64,000 bases of DNA from an uncultured virus (IMG/VR IMGVR_UViG_3300029953_000019) (Duplodnaviria > Heunggongvirae > Uroviricota > Caudoviricetes): IMG/VR virus record IMGVR_UViG_3300029953_000019. The stretch is one strand, 5' to 3'. Both the position numbers and the translations under genes were made by a program. Under the pieces are notes generated by a model, which ran no database searches, was not told where the DNA came from, and saw only the letters and a list, made by a program, of their open reading frames with translations. This document shows positions 1-7,937 of this stretch, in pieces. How positions within the stretch are numbered: the first letter of the stretch is position 1; every line of letters begins with the position of its first letter.

Positions 1-1
1 T

Positions 2-427
2 ATGACAATAACAAAAATAAACAATAGATGGTATGACGAAAACAATAATAGCTGGTTATCAGAAGAAGCAGCTACTCAATACTCACCTACCCTAACTAAT
101 TGTAGAGATTGTAGAGGTTGTAGTAATTGTGATGATTGTAGTTATTGTGATGATTGTAGTAATTGTAGTGGTTGTAGTACTTGTGGAGGTTGTATTAATT
201 GTAGTGTTTGTAGTGTTTGTAGTGATTGTAGTAGTTGTGGAGGTTGTATTAATTGTAGTGTTTGTAGTGTTTGTAGTGATTGTAGTAGTTGTAATGATTG
301 TAGTGATTGTAAAAAATGTTATAAATGTGATAATGGAACACATCTAGAGCCAGTTCAAATTAAGACTGAAGTTATGATAAGACCAGAATTAGACATTAAT
401 GATAGAAAGTTGGAACCAGACTTATGA
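2..427 (+). CDS. Cys-rich (Cxx)n repeat protein, family A copy 1, C-terminal tag RKLEPDL
   Basis: N-terminal RWYDENNNSW..SPTLTNC, Cys every third residue; 54-bp perfect tandem duplication 181-234/235-288. Confidence 0.85.
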   Translation: MTITKINNRWYDENNNSWLSEEAATQYSPTLTNCRDCRGCSNCDDCSYCDDCSNCSGCSTCGGCINCSVCSVCSDCSSCGGCINCSVCSVCSDCSSCNDCSDCKKCYKCDNGTHLEPVQIKTEVMIRPELDINDRKLEPDL

Positions 428-801
428 CAATAACAAAAAGAAATAATAGATGGTATGACGAAAATAATAATAGTTGGATAACTGAAGAATCAGCTACTCA
501 ATACTCACCTACCTTAACTAATTGTTATGATTGTAGAGGTTGTAGTAATTGTAGTAGTTGTAGAGATTGTTATAATTGTAGTTATTGTAGTAGTTGTAGT
601 AATTGTAGTAGTTGTATTAATTGTAATAATTGTAGTAATTGTAGTAATTGTAATAATTGTAATAGGTGTAGTGATTGTAGTGATTGTAGTTATTGTAGTC
701 GTTGTAGAGATTGTAGTGATTGGACTGATAATAAGAAATATGAACCGGTAATTAGACCATTTATAGACTGTACTAACAGACTATTAGAACCAGATTTATG
801 A
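424..801 (+). CDS. Cys-rich repeat protein, family A copy 2 (RLLEPDL)
   Basis: Same N-terminus and Cys periodicity; ATGA overlap with the previous gene. Confidence 0.85.
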   Translation: MTITKRNNRWYDENNNSWITEESATQYSPTLTNCYDCRGCSNCSSCRDCYNCSYCSSCSNCSSCINCNNCSNCSNCNNCNRCSDCSDCSYCSRCRDCSDWTDNKKYEPVIRPFIDCTNRLLEPDL

Positions 802-1295
802 ATAACAACCTTAAAATAGTAGAACAAAACATATTATTAGCAGACGCCCAAGTAGTTGCTCATTGCTGTAATAATATGAACAAAATGGGTAGTGGGGTAG
901 CCAGAGCCCTAAGATGTAGATTTCCGGAAGTATATGCAACTGATACCAAGTCTTATATTAACTTTGGTTCAGCTATGTTGGGTAAATGTGTGTTAGTTCC
1001 TATCACTACTCTACCTAATCAGACCAAGCTACTATACGTTGCCAATCTATATGGTCAATTAGGTTATGGTACAATGCATCTTAGATATGTGCATTATGAA
1101 GGATTTTACTTAGCTTTAGAGTCATTAATAAAGCAAATGAGTGAGCAGAATATGACTAGACTGGCTTTACCTTATAAGATAGGTGCGGATAGGGCTGGCG
1201 GTAATTGGAATATTATTGAAACTATGGTTAAGGAGGTTATTAAAGGAAGTAACATTGAAGTTACTCTATATAAACTTCCTAAAAAGTTAATGTAG
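798..1295 (+). CDS. Macrodomain (ADP-ribose binding/hydrolase, Poa1/DarG-like) protein
   Basis: HCCN..MGSGVA, NLYGQ and KIGADRAGGNW motifs typical of macrodomains. Confidence 0.85.
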   Translation: MNNNLKIVEQNILLADAQVVAHCCNNMNKMGSGVARALRCRFPEVYATDTKSYINFGSAMLGKCVLVPITTLPNQTKLLYVANLYGQLGYGTMHLRYVHYEGFYLALESLIKQMSEQNMTRLALPYKIGADRAGGNWNIIETMVKEVIKGSNIEVTLYKLPKKLM

Positions 1296-1297
1296 TT

Positions 1298-1531
1298 ATG
1301 ACTCTTTATATCATTCTAAGACATATCAGATCTCCATCAACTAACGCTATTATAGACGTCCTATATCAAGCGTTTCAAAATAAGGAGGCAGCCCTGGAAT
1401 ATATCAAATTTTTAACAGATAATAGTACTGTAGTAGGTGAATTTGAATTGAAGGAGTTTGTATCGGTTGAGAAAGATGAGATAACAATTAGAAGTGAGGG
1501 TGGGGAAAGAAGATTAGAACCAGATTTATGA
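1298..1531 (+). CDS. Small protein, family B copy 1, tag IRSEGGERRLEPDL
   Basis: ORF in operon; shares C-terminus with 3989-4282. Confidence 0.75.
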   Translation: MTLYIILRHIRSPSTNAIIDVLYQAFQNKEAALEYIKFLTDNSTVVGEFELKEFVSVEKDEITIRSEGGERRLEPDL

Positions 1532-1941
1532 CAATAACTAAAAGAGATACTAGATGGTATGACGAAAACTATAATAGCTGGGATACTAAAGAATCAGCTA
1601 CTTTACACTCACCTACCCTAACTGATTGTAGATGGTGTAGAGGTTGTAGTGATTGTAGAAGGTGTAGTAATTGTAGATATTGTAGTGATTGTAATGCTTG
1701 TAGTGGTTGTAATGGTTGTAGAGATTGTTATAATTGTAGTAATTGTATTGATTGTAGAGATTGTAATGGTTGTAGTGATTGTAGTAGTTGTAGAGATTGT
1801 ATTTATTGTAGTAGTTGTAGTAATATTTCTTCAGAAAATGATAAATCGTGGTTTAAGTCCATGTATTATGGAGATGAAGTTAATAAGGAAATAAGACCAG
1901 AATTAGACATTAATAATAGAAAGCTAGACCTAGATTTATGA
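1528..1941 (+). CDS. Cys-rich repeat protein, family A copy 3 (RKLDLDL)
   Basis: Conserved N-terminus, Cxx repeats. Confidence 0.85.
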   Translation: MTITKRDTRWYDENYNSWDTKESATLHSPTLTDCRWCRGCSDCRRCSNCRYCSDCNACSGCNGCRDCYNCSNCIDCRDCNGCSDCSSCRDCIYCSSCSNISSENDKSWFKSMYYGDEVNKEIRPELDINNRKLDLDL

Positions 1942-2264
1942 TTGTATATGCTATTAAAATATTGAAAGTTAAATATAGTAGAAATACCCTACCTAATAAG
2001 TTTGTTAGAGTAGTTATTAAGTATATCGAATTTTATGATAGGGAAGGTTACTGTGATGATGAAGAACAGACTAGTATTGAACCTGTAGATTTATACCAAG
2101 CCTCTTTGTATCTTAGTAAAGAAGCTGTGGAACAAGAAATTAAAAGGGTAAGGATGATAAAAGAAGCGTACAAATACGAAATAGTTGAGATAGAATTAGC
2201 TGAGTTAAGTAAGCCTGAAATAAGAATAGAGAACCAGTACAGAAGATTAGATCTAGAATTATAA
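1938..2264 (+). CDS. Small protein, family B copy 2, tag RRLDLEL
   Basis: ATGA-coupled ORF; MxxYxI start and ExEL motif like the other family B members. Confidence 0.75.
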   Translation: MIVYAIKILKVKYSRNTLPNKFVRVVIKYIEFYDREGYCDDEEQTSIEPVDLYQASLYLSKEAVEQEIKRVRMIKEAYKYEIVEIELAELSKPEIRIENQYRRLDLEL

Positions 2265-2269
2265 ACAAT

Positions 2270-2710
2270 ATGCCTAAAGCCACAAATATAAATTGTCATG
2301 CCGCCAAAGATATCAATAAACTACCAGATAACACAGTATTGATATCAATAAATGAAGAATATGAGCCACTTTATCCTTTAAAGTTGGATAGAGAGTCAGA
2401 AAATGTGTTAACTTTAAGATTTACTGATATAACTGCACCTTTAACTCATGAAGGCGAAATGTATCATCCTATTAGTGCTGAAGATGCTTTTAAAATATTA
2501 AAGTTCATTGATAAGCATTTAACCAAAGATTTCATAGTTCATTGTGCAGCTGGGGTATCTAGAAGTTCAGCTATTTGTCTCTATCTACATATTATGCATT
2601 CATATGTGTTAAAAGACAATTTTTGGCTTTCTTCTTCACCTAATTGCTATGTACTTGGTATGTTAATGCGGCGTAAGGTTGAGCAGGAATCTATGTTAGA
2701 CGAGATTTAG
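2270..2710 (+). CDS. Cys-based (CX5R) protein tyrosine/dual-specificity phosphatase-like protein
   Basis: VHCAAGVSRS active-site loop. Confidence 0.85.
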   Translation: MPKATNINCHAAKDINKLPDNTVLISINEEYEPLYPLKLDRESENVLTLRFTDITAPLTHEGEMYHPISAEDAFKILKFIDKHLTKDFIVHCAAGVSRSSAICLYLHIMHSYVLKDNFWLSSSPNCYVLGMLMRRKVEQESMLDEI

Positions 2711-2711
2711 T

Positions 2712-2957
2712 ATGTCAGATCCAAATCCTCGTATCTTTCCTACTCGATTTCGGCTTTTGAGTAATATGGAAGTCATAATAACTAAAGAAATAGATGTACA
2801 GTGGTGGGGTGATCTACATTATTTATTCGATGTAATTATAGAAGATAATAATAACTACTTTTTAGTATATAATAAAGTAGGAGAGACACAGGTTAAAGCT
2901 ATTATAAAAAGGAGAGAACTTAAACAGTATAATGGTGAATACTATGAAAATAACTAA
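2712..2957 (+). CDS. Hypothetical protein
   Basis: 81-aa ORF packed between neighbours. Confidence 0.55.
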   Translation: MSDPNPRIFPTRFRLLSNMEVIITKEIDVQWWGDLHYLFDVIIEDNNNYFLVYNKVGETQVKAIIKRRELKQYNGEYYENN

Positions 2958-3276
2958 AAGAGATGATAGATGGTATGACGAAAACGATAATAGTTGGTCT
3001 ACAGAAGAATCAGCTACTCAATTCTCACCTACTCTAACTAATTGTATTAGTTGTAGAGATTGTAGATGGTGTAATGATTGTAGAGATTGTAGAGATTGTT
3101 ATAATTGTAGTAATTGTAGTAATTGTAGTAATTGTAGTAGTTGTACTTATTGTAGATGGTGTAATGATTGTAGTAACTGTATTGATTGTAGTGATTGGAC
3201 TGATAATAAGAAGTATGAACCAGTAACTAGACCGTTTATAGATTGTAGAGATAGACTATTAGAACCAGATTTATGA
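2944..3276 (+). CDS. Cys-rich repeat protein, family A copy 4 (RLLEPDL)
   Basis: Start placed at MKITKR (2944) by alignment with paralogs. Confidence 0.85.
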   Translation: MKITKRDDRWYDENDNSWSTEESATQFSPTLTNCISCRDCRWCNDCRDCRDCYNCSNCSNCSNCSSCTYCRWCNDCSNCIDCSDWTDNKKYEPVTRPFIDCRDRLLEPDL

Positions 3277-3671
3277 AAATAACAAAAATAGCTAATAGAT
3301 GGTATGACGAAAACAATAATAGCTGGGATACTGAAGAAGCAGCTACTTTATATTCACCTACCCTAACTAATTGTTATAATTGTAGTAATTGTAGTAATTG
3401 TAGTGTTTGTAGTGATTGTAGTAATTGGTGTAGTAATTGTAATGATTGTGATAGTTGTAGAGATTGTATTAATTGTAATAATTGTGGTAGTTGTAGTAGT
3501 TGTAGTAATTGTAGGAGTTGTTGTAGGTGTAGTGATTGTGATAATTGTAAGTTTATTGCTTCTTTATTTGATAGAGTTGAAGTTGATGCAAGTTTAATTG
3601 AAAGCTGCAAAGAAAATTTAGTTAGAGAAGAATTTGACTTAAACAATAGAAAACTGGAAATAGAACTATGA
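3273..3671 (+). CDS. Cys-rich repeat protein, family A copy 5 (RKLEIEL)
   Basis: Conserved N-terminus, Cxx repeats. Confidence 0.85.
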   Translation: MKITKIANRWYDENNNSWDTEEAATLYSPTLTNCYNCSNCSNCSVCSDCSNWCSNCNDCDSCRDCINCNNCGSCSSCSNCRSCCRCSDCDNCKFIASLFDRVEVDASLIESCKENLVREEFDLNNRKLEIEL

Positions 3672-3940
3672 AGACACTATACGAATTTGAAGAACAACAA
3701 AAAGAACTTATAGCTGCTTGTGAGAGAGAAGCTAAAGCTAAATTAGAAGGCAAAAATGTATTTATGGATACTTTTGCGCATCGGTTTGAAGATATAGTTG
3801 AAGAAATACAAAGAGATGCTAGGAGAGAAGGGGTTAGAGATTGTATAAGGGATATACATATGTGTAAATCAGTTCAATCTAATCCAGACATTATTTATAC
3901 CCATGAATTAATAATAGCAAGATTAATTAAACTATTATGA
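3668..3940 (+). CDS. Hypothetical helical protein
   Basis: ATGA-coupled 90-aa ORF. Confidence 0.65.
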   Translation: MKTLYEFEEQQKELIAACEREAKAKLEGKNVFMDTFAHRFEDIVEEIQRDARREGVRDCIRDIHMCKSVQSNPDIIYTHELIIARLIKLL

Positions 3941-3988
3941 ACATATATGAAGTAGTAGATAAATATGAACTAGCACAATATATTCTAA

Positions 3989-4282
3989 ATGAAAATATAC
4001 CTAATACAGGTTCTAAAACTAAATGGTTTTCTATATGATAATGCTGATGAAATTCGGTATTTAGCAGTGAATTCTTATATAGACTATACAACAAGGGAAG
4101 TAAAAAATGCTAGAGTATTTGAAGATAGAGAAAAAATTGGAGACGAACTATATGAAATTACACTAATGAATAGTTTTAATTTTCTCGTTACTAAAATTCT
4201 TGAGTTTGAGCTAGTAGAATTTAAAGGTAATAAGTCAATTAGAAGTGAGGGAGGAGAGAGAAGATTAGAACTAGACTTATGA
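3989..4282 (+). CDS. Small protein, family B copy 3, tag IRSEGGERRLELDL
   Basis: Shares C-terminus with 1298-1531. Confidence 0.75.
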   Translation: MKIYLIQVLKLNGFLYDNADEIRYLAVNSYIDYTTREVKNARVFEDREKIGDELYEITLMNSFNFLVTKILEFELVEFKGNKSIRSEGGERRLELDL

Positions 4283-4758
4283 CAATAACTAAAATAGATA
4301 ATAGATGGTATGACGAAAACAATAATAGTTGGTCTACAGAAGAACTAGCTACTACTGACTCTCCTACCCTAACTAATTGTAGTAGTTGTAGAGATTGTAG
4401 ATGGTGTAGGAATTGTATTCATTGTAAAGGTTGTATTGGTTGTATTGATTGTTATGATTGTAATGATTGTAGTAATTGTAGTAGTTGTAGTGGTTGTAGT
4501 AGTTGTATTGATTGTAATCGTTGTAGTGATTGTACTGGCTGTATTGATTGTAGTTATTGTAGTTATTGTAATAATTGTAGTGAGTGTAGTAACTGTAAAA
4601 ACTGTTATAAATGTAATACCTTTTCTTTTTGTAGAAACTGTGCTTTTGGTTTTAAGAAAAGCTATTATAAACCTATGAAGTATAAACGTAGAGCTAAGAA
4701 GAGTAAAATTAGACAGGAATATGACATTAATGATAGAAGATTGGAGATTGAACTGTGA
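4279..4758 (+). CDS. Cys-rich repeat protein, family A copy 6 (RRLEIEL)
   Basis: Longest Cxx tract, basic linker. Confidence 0.85.
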   Translation: MTITKIDNRWYDENNNSWSTEELATTDSPTLTNCSSCRDCRWCRNCIHCKGCIGCIDCYDCNDCSNCSSCSGCSSCIDCNRCSDCTGCIDCSYCSYCNNCSECSNCKNCYKCNTFSFCRNCAFGFKKSYYKPMKYKRRAKKSKIRQEYDINDRRLEIEL

Positions 4759-5000
4759 TAGCAAACCATATAATATTAACCAGCTGTTACTTAGTAGTAG
4801 GGATACTTATAGCTTTAAGAACTGTTATTGAATATACTGACATCCATTACTATCCTAAGAAGTGTAAGTTAATATTATTTATCCTAGTAATTGCCATATA
4901 TGCTGTAATAGATGTAACAATTTGGCCTTTATATGCAATTTTAGGTTTGATATCAGGAATAAGAAGATTAACCAAAGAATTTTTTAAGAATAACAACTAG
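4755..5000 (+). CDS. Small membrane protein
   Basis: GTGA overlap; two hydrophobic segments. Confidence 0.6.
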   Translation: MIANHIILTSCYLVVGILIALRTVIEYTDIHYYPKKCKLILFILVIAIYAVIDVTIWPLYAILGLISGIRRLTKEFFKNNN

Positions 5001-5025
5001 ACAAACAAACAAATTAACGTATAAT
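4998..5025 (+). promoter_or_regulatory. Sigma70-like promoter, probably leaderless transcript
   Basis: TAGACA-16nt-TATAAT, ATG 6 nt after the -10 box. Confidence 0.55.
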
Positions 5026-5031
5026 AAACAT

Positions 5032-5664
5032 ATGAAATTAACATCAATAACATCAATAATGGCAGTAATTAGTCTATGCACTATTTCTGCTTTCGGTCAA
5101 ACTAATGTCACTCAAGTCCCAAACTTGATGGCCAACATTCCTGTCTCAACAGCTGTGCAGGCTATCTATCAGGACATTGCAAATTCTGGTATTATGCAGG
5201 CAACTAATTGGGGAGTTAGTCCTTATGGTACTTATGCACCTAAGTCAGCTAACAAATATGGTGGTGGTGTATTGGCAGTATATAATGTCCCAACACTTAC
5301 CGGGTCTTTAGGAGCAGTTGGTGCAGTGTTAGGGGCAGATTGGTTGGGGTCCTGGTCTTTGGTCAGTGGTTCAGTAACTCTTTCAACACCTACGCATCCA
5401 TTAGCATCAACATCACTATTAAACTGGCTTCCTACCGGTATTCGTAACATTGAAGCTGATCCTATTGCTATTGCTGGTATCGGAACACCCTTATCTGGGT
5501 CATCTGGGGCAGCTGAGTTGTGGGATATAGGATACAACGTTGATATTTATAATACTGCTACTAGTAAAGTCGGCGCTGGGTTTACTTGGGGTGAATGGAT
5601 CAATGCCGGAACTGAGTCTGGACATAGATATCACTTATTCGTTAGTTGGAAATACAACTTCTAA
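5032..5664 (+). CDS. Signal-peptide protein, probable outer-membrane beta-barrel
   Basis: MK+hydrophobic+AFG/Q leader; amphipathic beta strands; ends LFVSWKYNF (terminal Phe). Confidence 0.65.
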   Translation: MKLTSITSIMAVISLCTISAFGQTNVTQVPNLMANIPVSTAVQAIYQDIANSGIMQATNWGVSPYGTYAPKSANKYGGGVLAVYNVPTLTGSLGAVGAVLGADWLGSWSLVSGSVTLSTPTHPLASTSLLNWLPTGIRNIEADPIAIAGIGTPLSGSSGAAELWDIGYNVDIYNTATSKVGAGFTWGEWINAGTESGHRYHLFVSWKYNF

Positions 5665-5694
5665 TTTAGTTAGAGTAGTTTATACTACTACACT

Positions 5695-6018
5695 ATGAAA
5701 CTAACAAAAAGAAATGATAGATGGTATGACGAAAACAATAATAGTTGGATAACAGAACAACTAGCTACTCTACACTCACCTAATCTAACTAATTGTAACT
5801 GGTGTAGTGATTGTAGTAATTGTAATAATTGTAATAGTTGTAGTGATTGTAGTGATTGTAGAGATTGTTATATGTGTGTTAATTGTAGGAGTTGTAATCA
5901 TCTTGCAAATAAGAAAAACTATAAACCACAACCTATTAAATCTAAGAAAAAGAAGAAAATTACTAAAATTAGACAAGAATACAATATTAACGATAGAAGA
6001 TTGGAACTAGAATTATGA
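5695..6018 (+). CDS. Cys-rich repeat protein, family A copy 7 (RRLELEL)
   Basis: Conserved N-terminus, Cxx repeats. Confidence 0.85.
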   Translation: MKLTKRNDRWYDENNNSWITEQLATLHSPNLTNCNWCSDCSNCNNCNSCSDCSDCRDCYMCVNCRSCNHLANKKNYKPQPIKSKKKKKITKIRQEYNINDRRLELEL

Positions 6019-6713
6019 AAATAATAGCAGATGGTGATAGTTGGAACAGCTACCCACTTCCTTTCTCTGGTGGTGGGTTGGCTGATCATTTAGCTGTTGT
6101 GTTAGATATTGATATTGAAAACTATGCCCATCCCGGTGATAGTACTGAAGAAACAATGGGCTTAAAGAAGAGATTAAAGTTGGAACAATATCTACCAAAC
6201 AGTGATATCTTATTATTCTCAGGTGGTGGTGATGATTTTGTGGGTGATCAGCTTCCTATATTTCTAAATGATAATAAGGATGGAAATATTAATAAAGCCA
6301 TAGATCTTGATAGACTTGATGCAGCCATGGATCTTGCTATAGCAGATTATGAGGATCTGTTTCAGTTAAGAGATGAAATAGCTCCTAACTGTCTCATAAT
6401 TACACATAGCTATGATTTTCCTGTTCCTGAAATGATTGGTAATGGTGTATTGTGGTTAGGTCCTTGGATTAAACCTGGGATGGATCATTGTGGCTGGACT
6501 AATCCTAAAGATGCTGCTGATATAACGAAGCTTATTCTTTTAGAATTTGAAAGAAGAATAAGTTTGCTCAGTCTACCTAATCATCTTCATATTAATTTTC
6601 AAGGAACATTAACTACTTCTGACTGGGGTAATGAAATACATCCTAATAGTAGTGGTTGGAAGAAGTTAGCTAATCAAATTAAATTGAAATTAGTCCATTA
6701 TTTAAATAAATAA
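6015..6713 (+). CDS. SGNH/GDSL-family hydrolase
   Basis: ADGDSW, SGGGDD and NEIHP blocks. Confidence 0.8.
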   Translation: MKIIADGDSWNSYPLPFSGGGLADHLAVVLDIDIENYAHPGDSTEETMGLKKRLKLEQYLPNSDILLFSGGGDDFVGDQLPIFLNDNKDGNINKAIDLDRLDAAMDLAIADYEDLFQLRDEIAPNCLIITHSYDFPVPEMIGNGVLWLGPWIKPGMDHCGWTNPKDAADITKLILLEFERRISLLSLPNHLHINFQGTLTTSDWGNEIHPNSSGWKKLANQIKLKLVHYLNK

Positions 6714-6726
6714 TATCAATCTTAAC

Positions 6727-6754
6727 ATAGCCTCCTACAAAATTAGGAGGCTAT
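6727..6754 (+). terminator. Intergenic hairpin (terminator or processing site)
   Basis: Perfect 11-bp stem ATAGCCTCCTA/TAGGAGGCTAT, 6-nt loop; weak U-tract. Confidence 0.5.
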
Positions 6755-6774
6755 TATCATTTACAAACAGCACT

Positions 6775-7188
6775 ATGAAACTAAGAAAACGAAATAATAG
6801 ATGGTATGACGAAAATAATAATAGTTGGATAACTGAAGAATCAGCTACTCAATACTCACCTACCTTAACTAATTGTTATGATTGTAGAGGTTGTAGTAAT
6901 TGTAGTAGTTGTAGAGATTGTTATAATTGTAGTTATTGTAGTAGTTGTAGTAATTGTAGTAGTTGTATTAATTGTTATAATTGTAGTGATTGTAGTAATT
7001 GTAGAAATTGTATTAGTTGTAGTCGTTGTAGTGGTTGTAGTATTTGTAAAGGTTGCAAACAGTCAATAGAATTAGACTTTAAGAAAAACTATAAACCACA
7101 GCCTATTAAATCTAAGAAAAAGAATAAAATTGCTAAAATTAGACAGGAATACAATATTAATGATAGAAGATTGGAGATTGAACTATGA
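6775..7188 (+). CDS. Cys-rich repeat protein, family A copy 8 (RRLEIEL)
   Basis: 5' part identical to copy 2, 3' part identical to copy 9. Confidence 0.85.
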   Translation: MKLRKRNNRWYDENNNSWITEESATQYSPTLTNCYDCRGCSNCSSCRDCYNCSYCSSCSNCSSCINCYNCSDCSNCRNCISCSRCSGCSICKGCKQSIELDFKKNYKPQPIKSKKKNKIAKIRQEYNINDRRLEIEL

Positions 7189-7367
7189 TAATAAACAATA
7201 AAAATACAATCGATGATACTTATATATTGGTTGATAAGATAAATGGAACATTAAATTTTGAAGACCTTACCATAGTTGATTTAAGTGATGATGAAGTTAG
7301 AATACTTAATTACGCTTATGCTTTAAATGGTAGTTCTTTACGTTATATTTCAGTAACACAATCATGA
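7185..7367 (+). CDS. Hypothetical protein
   Basis: 60 aa, ATGA overlaps at both ends. Confidence 0.55.
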   Translation: MIINNKNTIDDTYILVDKINGTLNFEDLTIVDLSDDEVRILNYAYALNGSSLRYISVTQS

Positions 7368-7741
7368 AACTAACAAAAAGAGCTGATAGATGGTATGACG
7401 AAAACGGTAATAGTTGGATAACTGAAGAACTAGCTACTACATATTCACCTACCTTAACTAATTGTTATAATTGTAGAGATTGTAGTAGTTGTAGTAATTG
7501 TAGTAGTTGTATTAATTGTAGTTATTGTAGTGATTGTATTAATTGTAATAGTTGTAGAAGTTGTAGTCGTTGTAGTGCTTGTTATAATTGTATAGGTTGT
7601 AAAGGTTGCAAACAGTCAATAGAATTAGACTTTAAGAAAAACTATAAACCACAGCCTATTAAATCTAAGAAAAAGAATAAAATTGCTAAAATTAGACAGG
7701 AATACAATATTAATGATAGAAAGCTAGAATTAGAATTATGA
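7364..7741 (+). CDS. Cys-rich repeat protein, family A copy 9 (RKLELEL)
   Basis: Conserved N-terminus, Cxx repeats. Confidence 0.85.
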   Translation: MKLTKRADRWYDENGNSWITEELATTYSPTLTNCYNCRDCSSCSNCSSCINCSYCSDCINCNSCRSCSRCSACYNCIGCKGCKQSIELDFKKNYKPQPIKSKKKNKIAKIRQEYNINDRKLELEL

Positions 7742-7937
7742 AACTTCACATATTATATAATATAGCAACAATGGCAGATATTAAGTTGACTAAGAATGAA
7801 GCTAGACCACTTAATTATAGCCCTCCCAGATATGTTCTGTTTTAATCTACCTAAGGTGATAGCTGCAAAGCACACCTTTTTTTAGCTATCAGTAAGTTTG
7901 CCTTGAATATAGATTAACTTGATTGTATTATATAGTT

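Noticed and set aside
3937..4038. 33-codon ATGA-coupled ORF overlapping 3989-4282
   Set aside because: Short and overlapping a better-supported gene; at most a remnant.
92..7069. Val/Ile-rich, Thr/Ile-rich and Leu/Gln-rich ORFs overlapping the Cys genes
   Set aside because: Shadow frames of the 9-bp TGT repeats; only the Cys frame carries the conserved head and tag.
1..7741. CRISPR array, integron or DGR interpretation of the repeats
   Set aside because: Repeats are protein-coding and irregularly spaced; I saw no attC-like palindromes, integrase, reverse transcriptase or adenine-specific TR/VR pair in the window.
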